Virus record (IMG/VR): IMGVR_UViG_3300044957_000763
Coordinates: 186,001 to 250,000 of that record
Direction: 5' to 3' (one strand)
DNA: 64,000 bases
Below are positions 26,394 through 33,321 of the stretch, piece by piece. The notes under the pieces are model-generated. The model did not search any database, had not been told where the DNA came from, and saw only the letters and a program-made list of their open reading frames with translations. Numbering within the stretch: position 1 is the stretch's first letter; every line of letters begins with the position of its first letter. A program made the position numbers and the translations under genes.

Positions 26394-27578
26394 CTACGCG
26401 GGCTTGATTATCTTGAGAGCTCTTTCCAAGTAAAAATCATATCGCCCTTCTTGTGAAACAATTGGTGCGCCTGGAGTGATGCCTGCGCATCCTTCCACAT
26501 ACACCCTGGCCTTATCATTGACATTATTGTGTGCCAAGTAGAAAAAGTCTTTGCTGGCTGGTCTTTCACCAATGCTGTACCATCCAAACTGCATTCCAGT
26601 AACATGAGTTCGGCAACAGTTTCGGAACGAGAACATAGCTCCTGGGGTGAACAGTCCGCTTTTTGCTCCAGTATACGGCATGAAGTCGTCAACTATCATG
26701 TCGGTGATACTGGCTGGTACGACAGTTGCCTGATATCCCCTTGAACTGCCATGCGAGAATAGAGACCCGCCGATTTCGTGTCTTCCGCCGTGAGCGTAAA
26801 ATGGGAATCCTCCATCAACTCTAAATATCAAATTGACATAGGAGGTTCCAAAATTCACCACGTACATGCCGCTACTGCCGCTATTTGGCAATTTGTCTGT
26901 TCCAAAAACATTGATGCCTATGAGACAGCCACTTGCATTGCAACTGTCCATTTTGTTTGCAAGAGTGTTTCCGCCTACGAATTGGTATCCAATATGACCT
27001 CTGTCAATTATGTCAGTGGTAATGAGTTTGTAGTCACCACCACCAATAGTATCACTATACGCTTCGCACTTAGTTAATTCTATACTAGATACATCAGCAG
27101 AGCCATTAGGCCATATTTCGTTGCTACCAACCAGGAATCCGGTGCTATTTTTACTACCGGTCATGAACTGCACTCGGCACCCCAGTAACTGCATATTGCT
27201 GGTTGATTGAACATCTGCGTCAACCCCGATTTCAAAACCTACCTGCTTATTGCCAAATGTTCGAACACAAACATCTGTGACTCTAACACGCTTAGTTCCG
27301 ATAAACCTAAACGCTGAGGTTCCATCTGCGCCTCGATAATTTATCAAATTCCAAAACGGGTCTGCAACAATATTGCCCTGTAGGTAGTCACCTGGTGTTG
27401 AAGACTTGAACGTGATGGTTTTGTCTATAGTCCACTCGCGCCCAATCCACGGAATATACAGTTGTTTTCCTGTGCCTTTATTGAACTCAGCGGCAGCAGC
27501 AAGAAACTTTTCTGTGTCTGACGCACCAGGCATTTGCGATACGTCAATGATTTTAGCGGAAGTAGTGGAGTTTAGCAT
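26394..27578 (-). CDS. Pectate-lyase-like beta-helix protein (tailspike/depolymerase-like)
   Basis: N-terminal DVSQMPGASDTEKFLAAA..QLYIP, repetitive beta-strand pattern. Confidence 0.6.
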   Translation of the reverse strand: MLNSTTSAKIIDVSQMPGASDTEKFLAAAAEFNKGTGKQLYIPWIGREWTIDKTITFKSSTPGDYLQGNIVADPFWNLINYRGADGTSAFRFIGTKRVRVTDVCVRTFGNKQVGFEIGVDADVQSTSNMQLLGCRVQFMTGSKNSTGFLVGSNEIWPNGSADVSSIELTKCEAYSDTIGGGDYKLITTDIIDRGHIGYQFVGGNTLANKMDSCNASGCLIGINVFGTDKLPNSGSSGMYVVNFGTSYVNLIFRVDGGFPFYAHGGRHEIGGSLFSHGSSRGYQATVVPASITDMIVDDFMPYTGAKSGLFTPGAMFSFRNCCRTHVTGMQFGWYSIGERPASKDFFYLAHNNVNDKARVYVEGCAGITPGAPIVSQEGRYDFYLERALKIIKPA

Positions 27579-27646
27579 GCGTCATCATTAGCCGATGACT
27601 TGTTTCATGCCTGCAAAACTCAAATCTATAGGCCATATGGCAAATC

Positions 27647-27802
27647 TTAATCTTCGTCAACAGCCTTGGATGCCCTAATGAATCTGCGCCAAAGGCTATC
27701 AATCCTCCACGAGCCTCCGCCATGTGCGGAATCGGTCTTACGATTACGAAAATGCAATCGGTCTCTTTTGCGATTGCCGTTCTTTTTCTTGTAATTAGCC
27801 AT
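27647..27802 (-). CDS. Small basic hypothetical protein (51 aa)
   Basis: Manual translation MANYKKKNGNRKRDRLHF...KAVDED. Confidence 0.45.
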   Translation of the reverse strand: MANYKKKNGNRKRDRLHFRNRKTDSAHGGGSWRIDSLWRRFIRASKAVDED

Positions 27803-27820
27803 TGTTCTTCGCTTAAAACT

Positions 27821-27896
27821 TGGCGCGGATGACGGGTACTGACCCCGCTATCTGTTGCGTGACAGGCAACCGGATTAACCATCTTCCTCCACCCGC
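27821..27896 (-). tRNA. tRNA-Asp(GUC)
   Basis: GTTGC-CT GTC AC-GCAAC, G73, CCA; atypical T loop GTCAGTA. Confidence 0.75.
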
Positions 27897-27914
27897 GCAT
27901 ATGATTGGCATTAT

Positions 27915-27994
27915 TGGTGCCGGTCAAGACCTTACTCTACATCCTCACAGAGTCTTAGACTCTGTGAGGCGCCTCTGGTTATAGAGGAACCGGC
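27915..27994 (-). ncRNA. tRNA-like RNA with double-length anticodon arm (UAA) and degenerate T arm
   Basis: GCCGGTT/GACCGGC-A-CCA, D-like CCTC/GAGG, perfect CCTCACAGAGTC/GACTCTGTGAGG hairpin. Confidence 0.5.
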
Positions 27995-28163
27995 GTTTGT
28001 TGGGGCGGCAATTGCTCACCGCCCTATTCCCTATGGATTAACTTGAACAAGTTTACTATGTCCGACCGCACCAGATTATTCTAGCTTTTCCAGTTTCGCT
28101 TGGTGGCCACAAGGTTCAGCTTCTTTTGATGTGCACTTAGCCTCACGAGCTTGTTCGAAGATG

Positions 28164-28192
28164 ATTATACCACAAGACCATTCGTTTGTCAA
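28164..28192 (-). promoter_or_regulatory. Consensus sigma70-type promoter inside the tRNA array
   Basis: TTGACA-17 nt-TATAAT with TG at the extended -10 position. Confidence 0.8.
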
Positions 28193-28206
28193 TAGTGCTT
28201 GGGTTT

Positions 28207-28431
28207 TTACACCAAAAGCACATTCATATCGTTTGGGACACGGTCTCCAGTGGCATTGTAATACGCTTCTTGTGCTTTTTGTAGCACTTCGAGCCAGTGA
28301 GCATTCTCGTCATCTGGATTAAACGCTTCGCCATCATGTGCATCGAGATATTGTTCAGTATTGTCGTTCTCAATCATCAGTCTCAATGCCGCAAGAACTT
28401 CTTCGTTGATTTCGTTCATATGTTCCATCAT
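28207..28431 (-). CDS. Hypothetical acidic protein
   Basis: 74-aa ORF. Confidence 0.55.
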   Translation of the reverse strand: MMEHMNEINEEVLAALRLMIENDNTEQYLDAHDGEAFNPDDENAHWLEVLQKAQEAYYNATGDRVPNDMNVLLV

Positions 28432-28656
28432 ACCTTATTCTTTAGGTCGATTTCCACTATAACCGTCTGTTACAAAGCAGTTTTCTGGTGCCTTTTCAAT
28501 GAAATGCTTTGCCTTGAGCGCAGAGTAAAATTTGCGTATATCGCCTTTGTAATACTGGACACCGCCATGCTTACAGTCTCGAACGCATTTGACATAGAAA
28601 ACTTTTCTATTCACACGGTTGATTTATGAGCGAATTGCGTTTTTACCTGTGAAAAA

Positions 28657-28746
28657 TGGAGGAACGGGTGGGATTCGAACCCACGGAACGCTTTCACGTT
28701 CACTTCTTTAGCAAAGAAGCTGAATAAACCTCTCTCGCACCGTTCC
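28657..28746 (-). tRNA. tRNA-Ser(GCU)
   Basis: CTTCT-TT GCT AA-AGAAG, long V-arm, CCA. Confidence 0.9.
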
Positions 28747-28752
28747 GAAATC

Positions 28753-28841
28753 TGGAGGAGAGCAACGGAATTGAACCGTAGCCACTTGCGCGGCCGTAAC
28801 GCTTTCCAGGCGTACCCCATCACCGTCAGGGATTACTCTCC
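28753..28841 (-). tRNA. tRNA-Ser(GGA)
   Basis: Loop CT GGA AA, long V-arm, CCA. Confidence 0.9.
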
Positions 28842-28861
28842 ATATTGGCATTATACAAATC

Positions 28862-28949
28862 TGGCGGAACGCAGAGTACTCGAAACTCAACCCTTTCAGG
28901 TCCCATCCCTTAGCAGGGGAGGCAGGTTCGCCTGTCCTGTTTACGCTCC
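28862..28949 (-). tRNA. tRNA-Ser(GCU)
   Basis: Loop CT GCT AA, long V-arm, G73, CCA. Confidence 0.85.
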
Positions 28950-28954
28950 ATATT

Positions 28955-29025
28955 TGGTGGCAACTTGTGGTCTCGAGCCACAACACCGGCCCTGGGGCCG
29001 GCTGTCCGTCCTACCGGACGTCGCC
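28955..29025 (-). ncRNA. 71-nt degenerate tRNA-like RNA
   Basis: GGCGAC/GTTGCC-A-CCA, TCCG/CGGA, CCGGC/GCCGG with 6-nt loop, TGTGG-CTCGAGA-CCACA. Confidence 0.45.
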
Positions 29026-29031
29026 AAATTC

Positions 29032-29120
29032 TGGCGGATAGCTGGGGAGTCGAACCCCAAAGGCCTTATCAGCTCACCTGTTTTCGAAACAGTTCCCATC
29101 ACCCATTGGGTTGGCTATCC
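29032..29120 (-). tRNA. tRNA-Ser(CGA)
   Basis: Loop TT CGA AA, long V-arm, G73, CCA. Confidence 0.9.
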
Positions 29121-29263
29121 ATTTGTTTCCGGGTGGCTCCCCACCCGGAGGTAATTCAGCGCACTGAACCACCAATTTCGACCGAAGGTCATAACGCTGT
29201 TCTCACGAACTGGCCTCGCGCCGCGACAGAGGAAGTCTTCAGTCCTCTGCAACTATTATACCA

Positions 29264-29350
29264 CGGCGGAAGCAGTGGGAATCGAACCCACGAAACCTTT
29301 CAGTTCAGGCCGCTTCAAACGGCTGTCCTCGTCCGTGCCGGGCTACTTCC
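29264..29350 (-). tRNA. tRNA-Ser(UGA)
   Basis: Loop TT TGA AG, long V-arm, G73. Confidence 0.8.
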
Positions 29351-29372
29351 GCTGTGGTTTGTTGATAAATCT

Positions 29373-29445
29373 GGAGAGGCTAACGGGAATCGAACCCGTG
29401 TCTTAACATTGGCAATGTTATGTATTACCGCTATACGATAACCTC
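29373..29445 (-). tRNA. tRNA-Gly(GCC)
   Basis: TAACA-TT GCC AA-TGTTA, U73, CCA. Confidence 0.9.
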
Positions 29446-29457
29446 GTTTTTGCTCAG

Positions 29458-29529
29458 AGCGGAAGACGGGATTCGAACCCGCAACTTCTTGCCTGGCAGG
29501 AAAGCACTCTACCATTGAGTTACATCCGC
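29458..29529 (-). tRNA. tRNA-Gly(GCC)
   Basis: GCGGATG acceptor, loop CT GCC AG, CCA not encoded. Confidence 0.8.
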
Positions 29530-29538
29530 ACTGAGCAT

Positions 29539-29907
29539 TTATTCTTCTTGTTCCATGTTTAGTTTACGACCTTCGGCTGCGCTGGTTGCAGTGTTTTTGG
29601 TTTGCCATAGACCAATTCCAATTATCGCACCTAGAATCAAGGCAAGTATCAATCCTTGTTTTATCGCACTCAACCACAGTTCCGCAGAAGACAGTTGTCC
29701 AGACCAGCTTAGTCCTGAGTGACTTCCAGGACCAATAACTGGAGCGTATTTAAGCAAGACCCATTTACCATTAACCCATAAGAATTCGTTTTCTTTGCAG
29801 CAATCACACAATTCATCTGACCACAAGTGCGCGTTACCCATTGGGCACTTTCGATATAACAGCGGTAGAACCACTGTTATCACACTTGCCATTCTGCCTG
29901 TAATCAT
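29539..29907 (-). CDS. Hypothetical membrane protein
   Basis: C-terminal hydrophobic helix; start uncertain. Confidence 0.5.
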   Translation of the reverse strand: MITGRMASVITVVLPLLYRKCPMGNAHLWSDELCDCCKENEFLWVNGKWVLLKYAPVIGPGSHSGLSWSGQLSSAELWLSAIKQGLILALILGAIIGIGLWQTKNTATSAAEGRKLNMEQEE

Positions 29908-30299
29908 CCCAGTGAAATTCCATATTCTGCCGGAAGAGCATTATATTCTGTCCATTCTGCAAAGCAACTTTTACACAGTGTCTTAAGCCACCCTGCTCGC
30001 CGGCAAAGTGCGCCTGGTTCGCCACAACATTCACATGTCTTTGCGGCTAACTTTTCTGCCCCTTCGATAATTTCATACACTTGGTCAAAAACATTTTCTT
30101 GTAAAGCACCAATGTAGTAACGCAATCCACCGAACTTTTCCTTGATTTGCAAGATTGTGTAATCAGGTGCCAGCTTTCTAATGTCTTTGTCAAGCTGTGC
30201 AATGATTGGATACCAACCAGCATCGCATTCAAGAAAAACATTTCTTCGACCGCCGTCCCAATGGTGTTTAAGTTGTTGCTCAAGTTGTTCTTTGGTCAT
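29904..30299 (-). CDS. Conserved phage hypothetical protein
   Basis: CDAGWYPII...QIKEKFGGLRYY...CECCG...WLKTLC. Confidence 0.75.
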   Translation of the reverse strand: MTKEQLEQQLKHHWDGGRRNVFLECDAGWYPIIAQLDKDIRKLAPDYTILQIKEKFGGLRYYIGALQENVFDQVYEIIEGAEKLAAKTCECCGEPGALCRRAGWLKTLCKSCFAEWTEYNALPAEYGISLG

Positions 30300-30308
30300 T
30301 GTTTTCCT

Positions 30309-30746
30309 CTAAGGTGTATTGATTCCAGCAAGGCCAAGCAATCTTTCCTGCTCGGCAATTGGCAACTTCTTGAATTGCTCTGACAATGATTCCACTTTCT
30401 TTTTTCTTTTCTCTCTTTGCTCTTGTGCCTTGCGTTTCTTGTCCCACTTTTGATGTTTTTCCCACCAGTCAGCAAGAGACCGCGCATTGGCATTCTTTCC
30501 ATCGTAGATGTACTTGTCTTGTTCGGCCGCAGACATGATTCTGATTGTACTGCACAGCAATGCAGTCCAGTTGTCTACTTCTGACTGATTGCCATAATAC
30601 TCACTCGCGGCGGTTTTCCATGCATCAGTTTCAGCCTTAGTGGGTTTCAGTCCGATAGCAGGAAGCAAATACAAAAGATGACCAGCAACACGCTTCGACT
30701 CTGCTTGGCGTGCGTTTGGTTCGGAGTAATCTGTACGACATGGCAT
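30309..30746 (-). CDS. Conserved phage hypothetical protein
   Basis: MPCRTDYSEP...LADWWEKHQKWDKKR; start moved downstream of the tRNA. Confidence 0.7.
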   Translation of the reverse strand: MPCRTDYSEPNARQAESKRVAGHLLYLLPAIGLKPTKAETDAWKTAASEYYGNQSEVDNWTALLCSTIRIMSAAEQDKYIYDGKNANARSLADWWEKHQKWDKKRKAQEQREKRKKKVESLSEQFKKLPIAEQERLLGLAGINTP

Positions 30747-30799
30747 AACATAACCATTATAACACACTGGTTTCAAGTTGTCAAGTGCCTTTGTAAATT

Positions 30800-30875
30800 T
30801 GGCGCCCCAGGACGGACTCGAACCGCCGTCTCTTACGTTCGAAGCGTAAGTTTCTATCCACTGAATTACTGGGGC
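30800..30875 (-). tRNA. tRNA-Arg(UCG)
   Basis: TTACG-CT TCG AA-CGTAA, CCA. Confidence 0.9.
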
Positions 30876-30881
30876 AAATTT

Positions 30882-30968
30882 TGGTGGCTCTCCCCGGACT
30901 CGAACCGGGACGCTTTGTGGGCACGATATTTTGAGTATCGCATGTACTACCAATTTCATCAGAGAGCC
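30882..30968 (-). tRNA. tRNA-Leu(CAA), with V-arm
   Basis: CGATA-CT CAA AA-TATCG, A73, CCA. Confidence 0.9.
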
Positions 30969-30974
30969 GAAATC

Positions 30975-31049
30975 TGGAGGCCGGGGTGGGACTCTAACCC
31001 ACGCTCTTTCACTTTGCAGGCGAACGCCTTAACACTTGGCTACCCGGCC
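30975..31049 (-). tRNA. tRNA-Cys(GCA)
   Basis: TTCGC-CT GCA AA-GTGAA, T loop TTAGAGT, U73, CCA. Confidence 0.85.
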
Positions 31050-31064
31050 GGTTGTTCTTAAATT

Positions 31065-31148
31065 TGGTGCCGCACCTCGGAATCGAACCGAGACAAGAGG
31101 ATGATTTTAAGTCATTTGCTTTTACCAGTTTAGCTACTCCAGTGCGGC
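31065..31148 (-). tRNA. tRNA-Leu(UAA) with 5-nt insertion after the acceptor stem and no V-arm
   Basis: GCCGCAC-TGGAG-TA-D arm; loop CT TAA AA; V region CTCTTGT. Confidence 0.75.
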
Positions 31149-31173
31149 ATTGTTTATATGTAAGCGCAAAACT

Positions 31174-31250
31174 TGGTGCTCCTACTCAGATTCGAACTGA
31201 GACTTTCATAGGTTTGAGCTATGTGACTCTACCAATTGGCCTATAGGAGC
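31174..31250 (-). tRNA. tRNA-Leu(CAA) lacking V-arm
   Basis: CATAG-CT CAA AC-CTATG, 5-nt V loop, A73, CCA. Confidence 0.85.
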
Positions 31251-31252
31251 AT

Positions 31253-31338
31253 TGGTGCGGATGAGAGGACTTGAACCTCCAAGGGGTTTCCCCCACAGCC
31301 GTCTCAGGACTGCGCGTTTACCATTTCGCCACATCCGC
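31253..31338 (-). tRNA. tRNA-Leu(GAG)
   Basis: Loop CT GAG AC, V-arm, CCA. Confidence 0.9.
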
Positions 31339-31343
31339 AAAAT

Positions 31344-31427
31344 TGGACCGGGTAAAAGGACTTGAACCTTCACGTCTTTCGACAAATGCTCCTAAGGCAT
31401 TCGCGGCTACCGTTACGCCATACCCGG
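31344..31427 (-). tRNA. tRNA-Leu(UAG)
   Basis: AATGC-CT TAG GA-GCATT, V-arm, U73 (atypical). Confidence 0.85.
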
Positions 31428-31431
31428 ATTT

Positions 31432-31517
31432 TGGTCTCGATGACCGGATTTGAACCAGCACGCTTTGTGGGCGCTACCACCTCAAGGTAGTGCGTCTACC
31501 AATTTCGCCACATCGAG
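31432..31517 (-). tRNA. tRNA-Leu(GAG)
   Basis: CTACC-TT GAG GT-GGTAG, V-arm, CCA. Confidence 0.85.
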
Positions 31518-31523
31518 ATATTT

Positions 31524-31601
31524 TGGTCCCCCCTGCGAGACTCGAACTCGCAATACTTTCGGTTCTGAGCCGAACGACTTTACCAATTTGCCCAAAGGGG
31601 G
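31524..31601 (-). tRNA. tRNA-Leu(CAG) lacking V-arm
   Basis: TTCGG-CT CAG AA-CCGAA, short V loop, CCA. Confidence 0.85.
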
Positions 31602-31700
31602 AAATTCTTTCACATCGGGGCAGGACAACCAGGCTAGTTGCCACTGCCCCCACACACCGCCTAAGTGTTGCCATCACTTAGGACTTTGAACTACACTATT

Positions 31701-31740
31701 CTATTTTCAAGGTGCCACTGTTTCAAATCACTGAAACTGT
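31701..31740 (-). promoter_or_regulatory. boxB-like hairpin and boxA-like element at the start of the tRNA array
   Basis: GTTTCA-GTGATT-TGAAAC hairpin followed by GCACCTTGAAAATAG. Confidence 0.45.
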
Positions 31741-31755
31741 ATGTATGTAAATCGT

Positions 31756-31789
31756 AAAAAAAGAGGACTCGCCTTTCGGTCGAGTCCTC
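31756..31789 (-). terminator. Intrinsic terminator (attenuator) upstream of the tRNA array
   Basis: GAGGACTCG-ACC-GAAA-GG-CGAGTCCTC followed by T7. Confidence 0.85.
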
Positions 31790-31826
31790 TCTCCTCTTTC
31801 CCCTTATGGGTTGTCAGTATTTCTCT

Positions 31827-31967
31827 CTACTTACAACCCCGGCTTTTTGGTTTGGTCTCGACCTTTTGCTCCCTAAGACAATCTCTGAGGGTACGCAGTG
31901 ACGACAAGGTACCGGATAGACTATCCGTTCCCCGTAAACCTATGGTTGTTGTCGTTGCGAAAAACAT
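31827..31967 (-). CDS. 46-aa codon-sampling leader peptide
   Basis: MFFATTTTIGLRGTDSLSGTLSSLRTLRDCLREQKVETKPKSRGCK; AGGA RBS; lies between promoter and terminator. Confidence 0.75.
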   Translation of the reverse strand: MFFATTTTIGLRGTDSLSGTLSSLRTLRDCLREQKVETKPKSRGCK

Positions 31968-31988
31968 AATTTCGATTCCTATGACGCT

Positions 31989-32018
31989 ATTATACACAAA
32001 TCGTTCCGTCTCCTGCAA
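31989..32018 (-). promoter_or_regulatory. Promoter for leader and tRNA array
   Basis: TTGCAG-18 nt-TATAAT with TG extended -10. Confidence 0.7.
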
Positions 32019-32092
32019 GGCCTCCAGACAAAAAGTCAAAAAAGTCTTGCTTCGAACCGAACAGCCCCTGTATAATGCGACATGATTATACC

Positions 32093-32848
32093 ATGGAAAG
32101 CCAAAGTCAAGCATCCACAGATATTCAGACGCCTGATTTAGACGTTTGGTTCCAGGACCATCAAATGCCGCTTTCTATGCGGCCTCATGATTCTTGGAAT
32201 CAAAATCATGGCGGCCGCACTACAAATTACCGGCGCGATTATCGTGACAGTATTACTGGAGAAGACTTTTTTGAGAACTATCTCAAAGGTATTCACGGCA
32301 AAGACAATGTGTTTCCTGTAGATAGGGAAGAGCAACGATACAACCATCGAGGCGATGTGTCTTTGAACCATGTTGGCGGACCAACAGAATTTGAAGTTAA
32401 ACTTGAGCGTAAGGGTTCTGAGACAGGTCGCCACGCGATGGAATTCGGTGAATATTATTCAGACTATCATGGAAACGTCCGCGATGAACGAGCCCCTGGA
32501 TGGTTTCGTTCCAGTAAAGCTGATATTATCGTTCCGGTGGTGCCAATGAGTGACGGGACTGTAATTCTGTATCCATACAGTATTAAGGCAATGCGAGATT
32601 TTTTGGCTAAGATTTCAGCAAAAGCCGCTCGTGATGGTTACAATATCAAGGATGAACATGGTCAATATGACCGCGCCTTGATTCTTGACTCATTGGAATC
32701 TCAAATTGAAAACTCGCGCCACACACTGGGTCCCATTAACACACTCCCAGGTGGTGGATACAAGCGGTCACGCAGTATTTGTGTTCCTTATGAGTTTTTG
32801 ATAAAGAATCATTTGATGAAACCTTATGTTATTCACTTCGATTCTTAG
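32093..32848 (+). CDS. Putative PD-(D/E)XK nuclease-like protein
   Basis: HRGDV...EFEVKLERKGSETGRHAMEF...SKADII pattern. Confidence 0.55.
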   Translation: MESQSQASTDIQTPDLDVWFQDHQMPLSMRPHDSWNQNHGGRTTNYRRDYRDSITGEDFFENYLKGIHGKDNVFPVDREEQRYNHRGDVSLNHVGGPTEFEVKLERKGSETGRHAMEFGEYYSDYHGNVRDERAPGWFRSSKADIIVPVVPMSDGTVILYPYSIKAMRDFLAKISAKAARDGYNIKDEHGQYDRALILDSLESQIENSRHTLGPINTLPGGGYKRSRSICVPYEFLIKNHLMKPYVIHFDS

Positions 32849-32880
32849 GATTCATGCGATAATACAACAGGAGAACTATT

Positions 32881-33321
32881 ATGGACCCACTTACACGACT
32901 ATTTATGGAAGCATTTGGTCTGCCGTTATCTCAAACGGTCACTAATCAAATCAATTCCAACATTTTGCAAATCCCAGTCAATTTCTATGAGATGAGAAGT
33001 GGTGTAGTTATCGAACTTGCACTGCCTGGTTACTCTCGAGAAAATGTTGATGTGAGTATCAATGGACGAAGACTCAAACTCGTAGCCACGTCTCGTGTCT
33101 CCGAGGGTTTTTTGGAATCCAAGGTATATTCACATAATTTTGCTCATGTGAACCTAGACAGAGAAATTGAATTGCCTGAATTTTTAGATACTTCAGACGT
33201 TCAAGTCAGTATGAATGACGGATTGCTACGAGTCATTATTCAGAGGCGCAACGAAGAAGAATACAAGTTGAAAATCACCGAACACACAGACCAGTATCTA
33301 CAAGACGAGGACGGAGCTTAA
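32881..33321 (+). CDS. Small heat shock protein (Hsp20)
   Basis: ELALPGYSRENVDVSI...LDREIELP...MNDGLLRVII. Confidence 0.85.
   Translation: MDPLTRLFMEAFGLPLSQTVTNQINSNILQIPVNFYEMRSGVVIELALPGYSRENVDVSINGRRLKLVATSRVSEGFLESKVYSHNFAHVNLDREIELPEFLDTSDVQVSMNDGLLRVIIQRRNEEEYKLKITEHTDQYLQDEDGA

Noticed and set aside
18908-31700. Many short ORFs overlapping tRNA genes on either strand
   Set aside because: They translate tRNA sequence (e.g. MGSNP, RDSNP motifs) and are artefacts.
31827-32114. 95-aa version of the leader ORF in the ORF track
   Set aside because: Its upstream part crosses two divergent promoters; the ATG at 31967 has an RBS and lies downstream of the -10 box.
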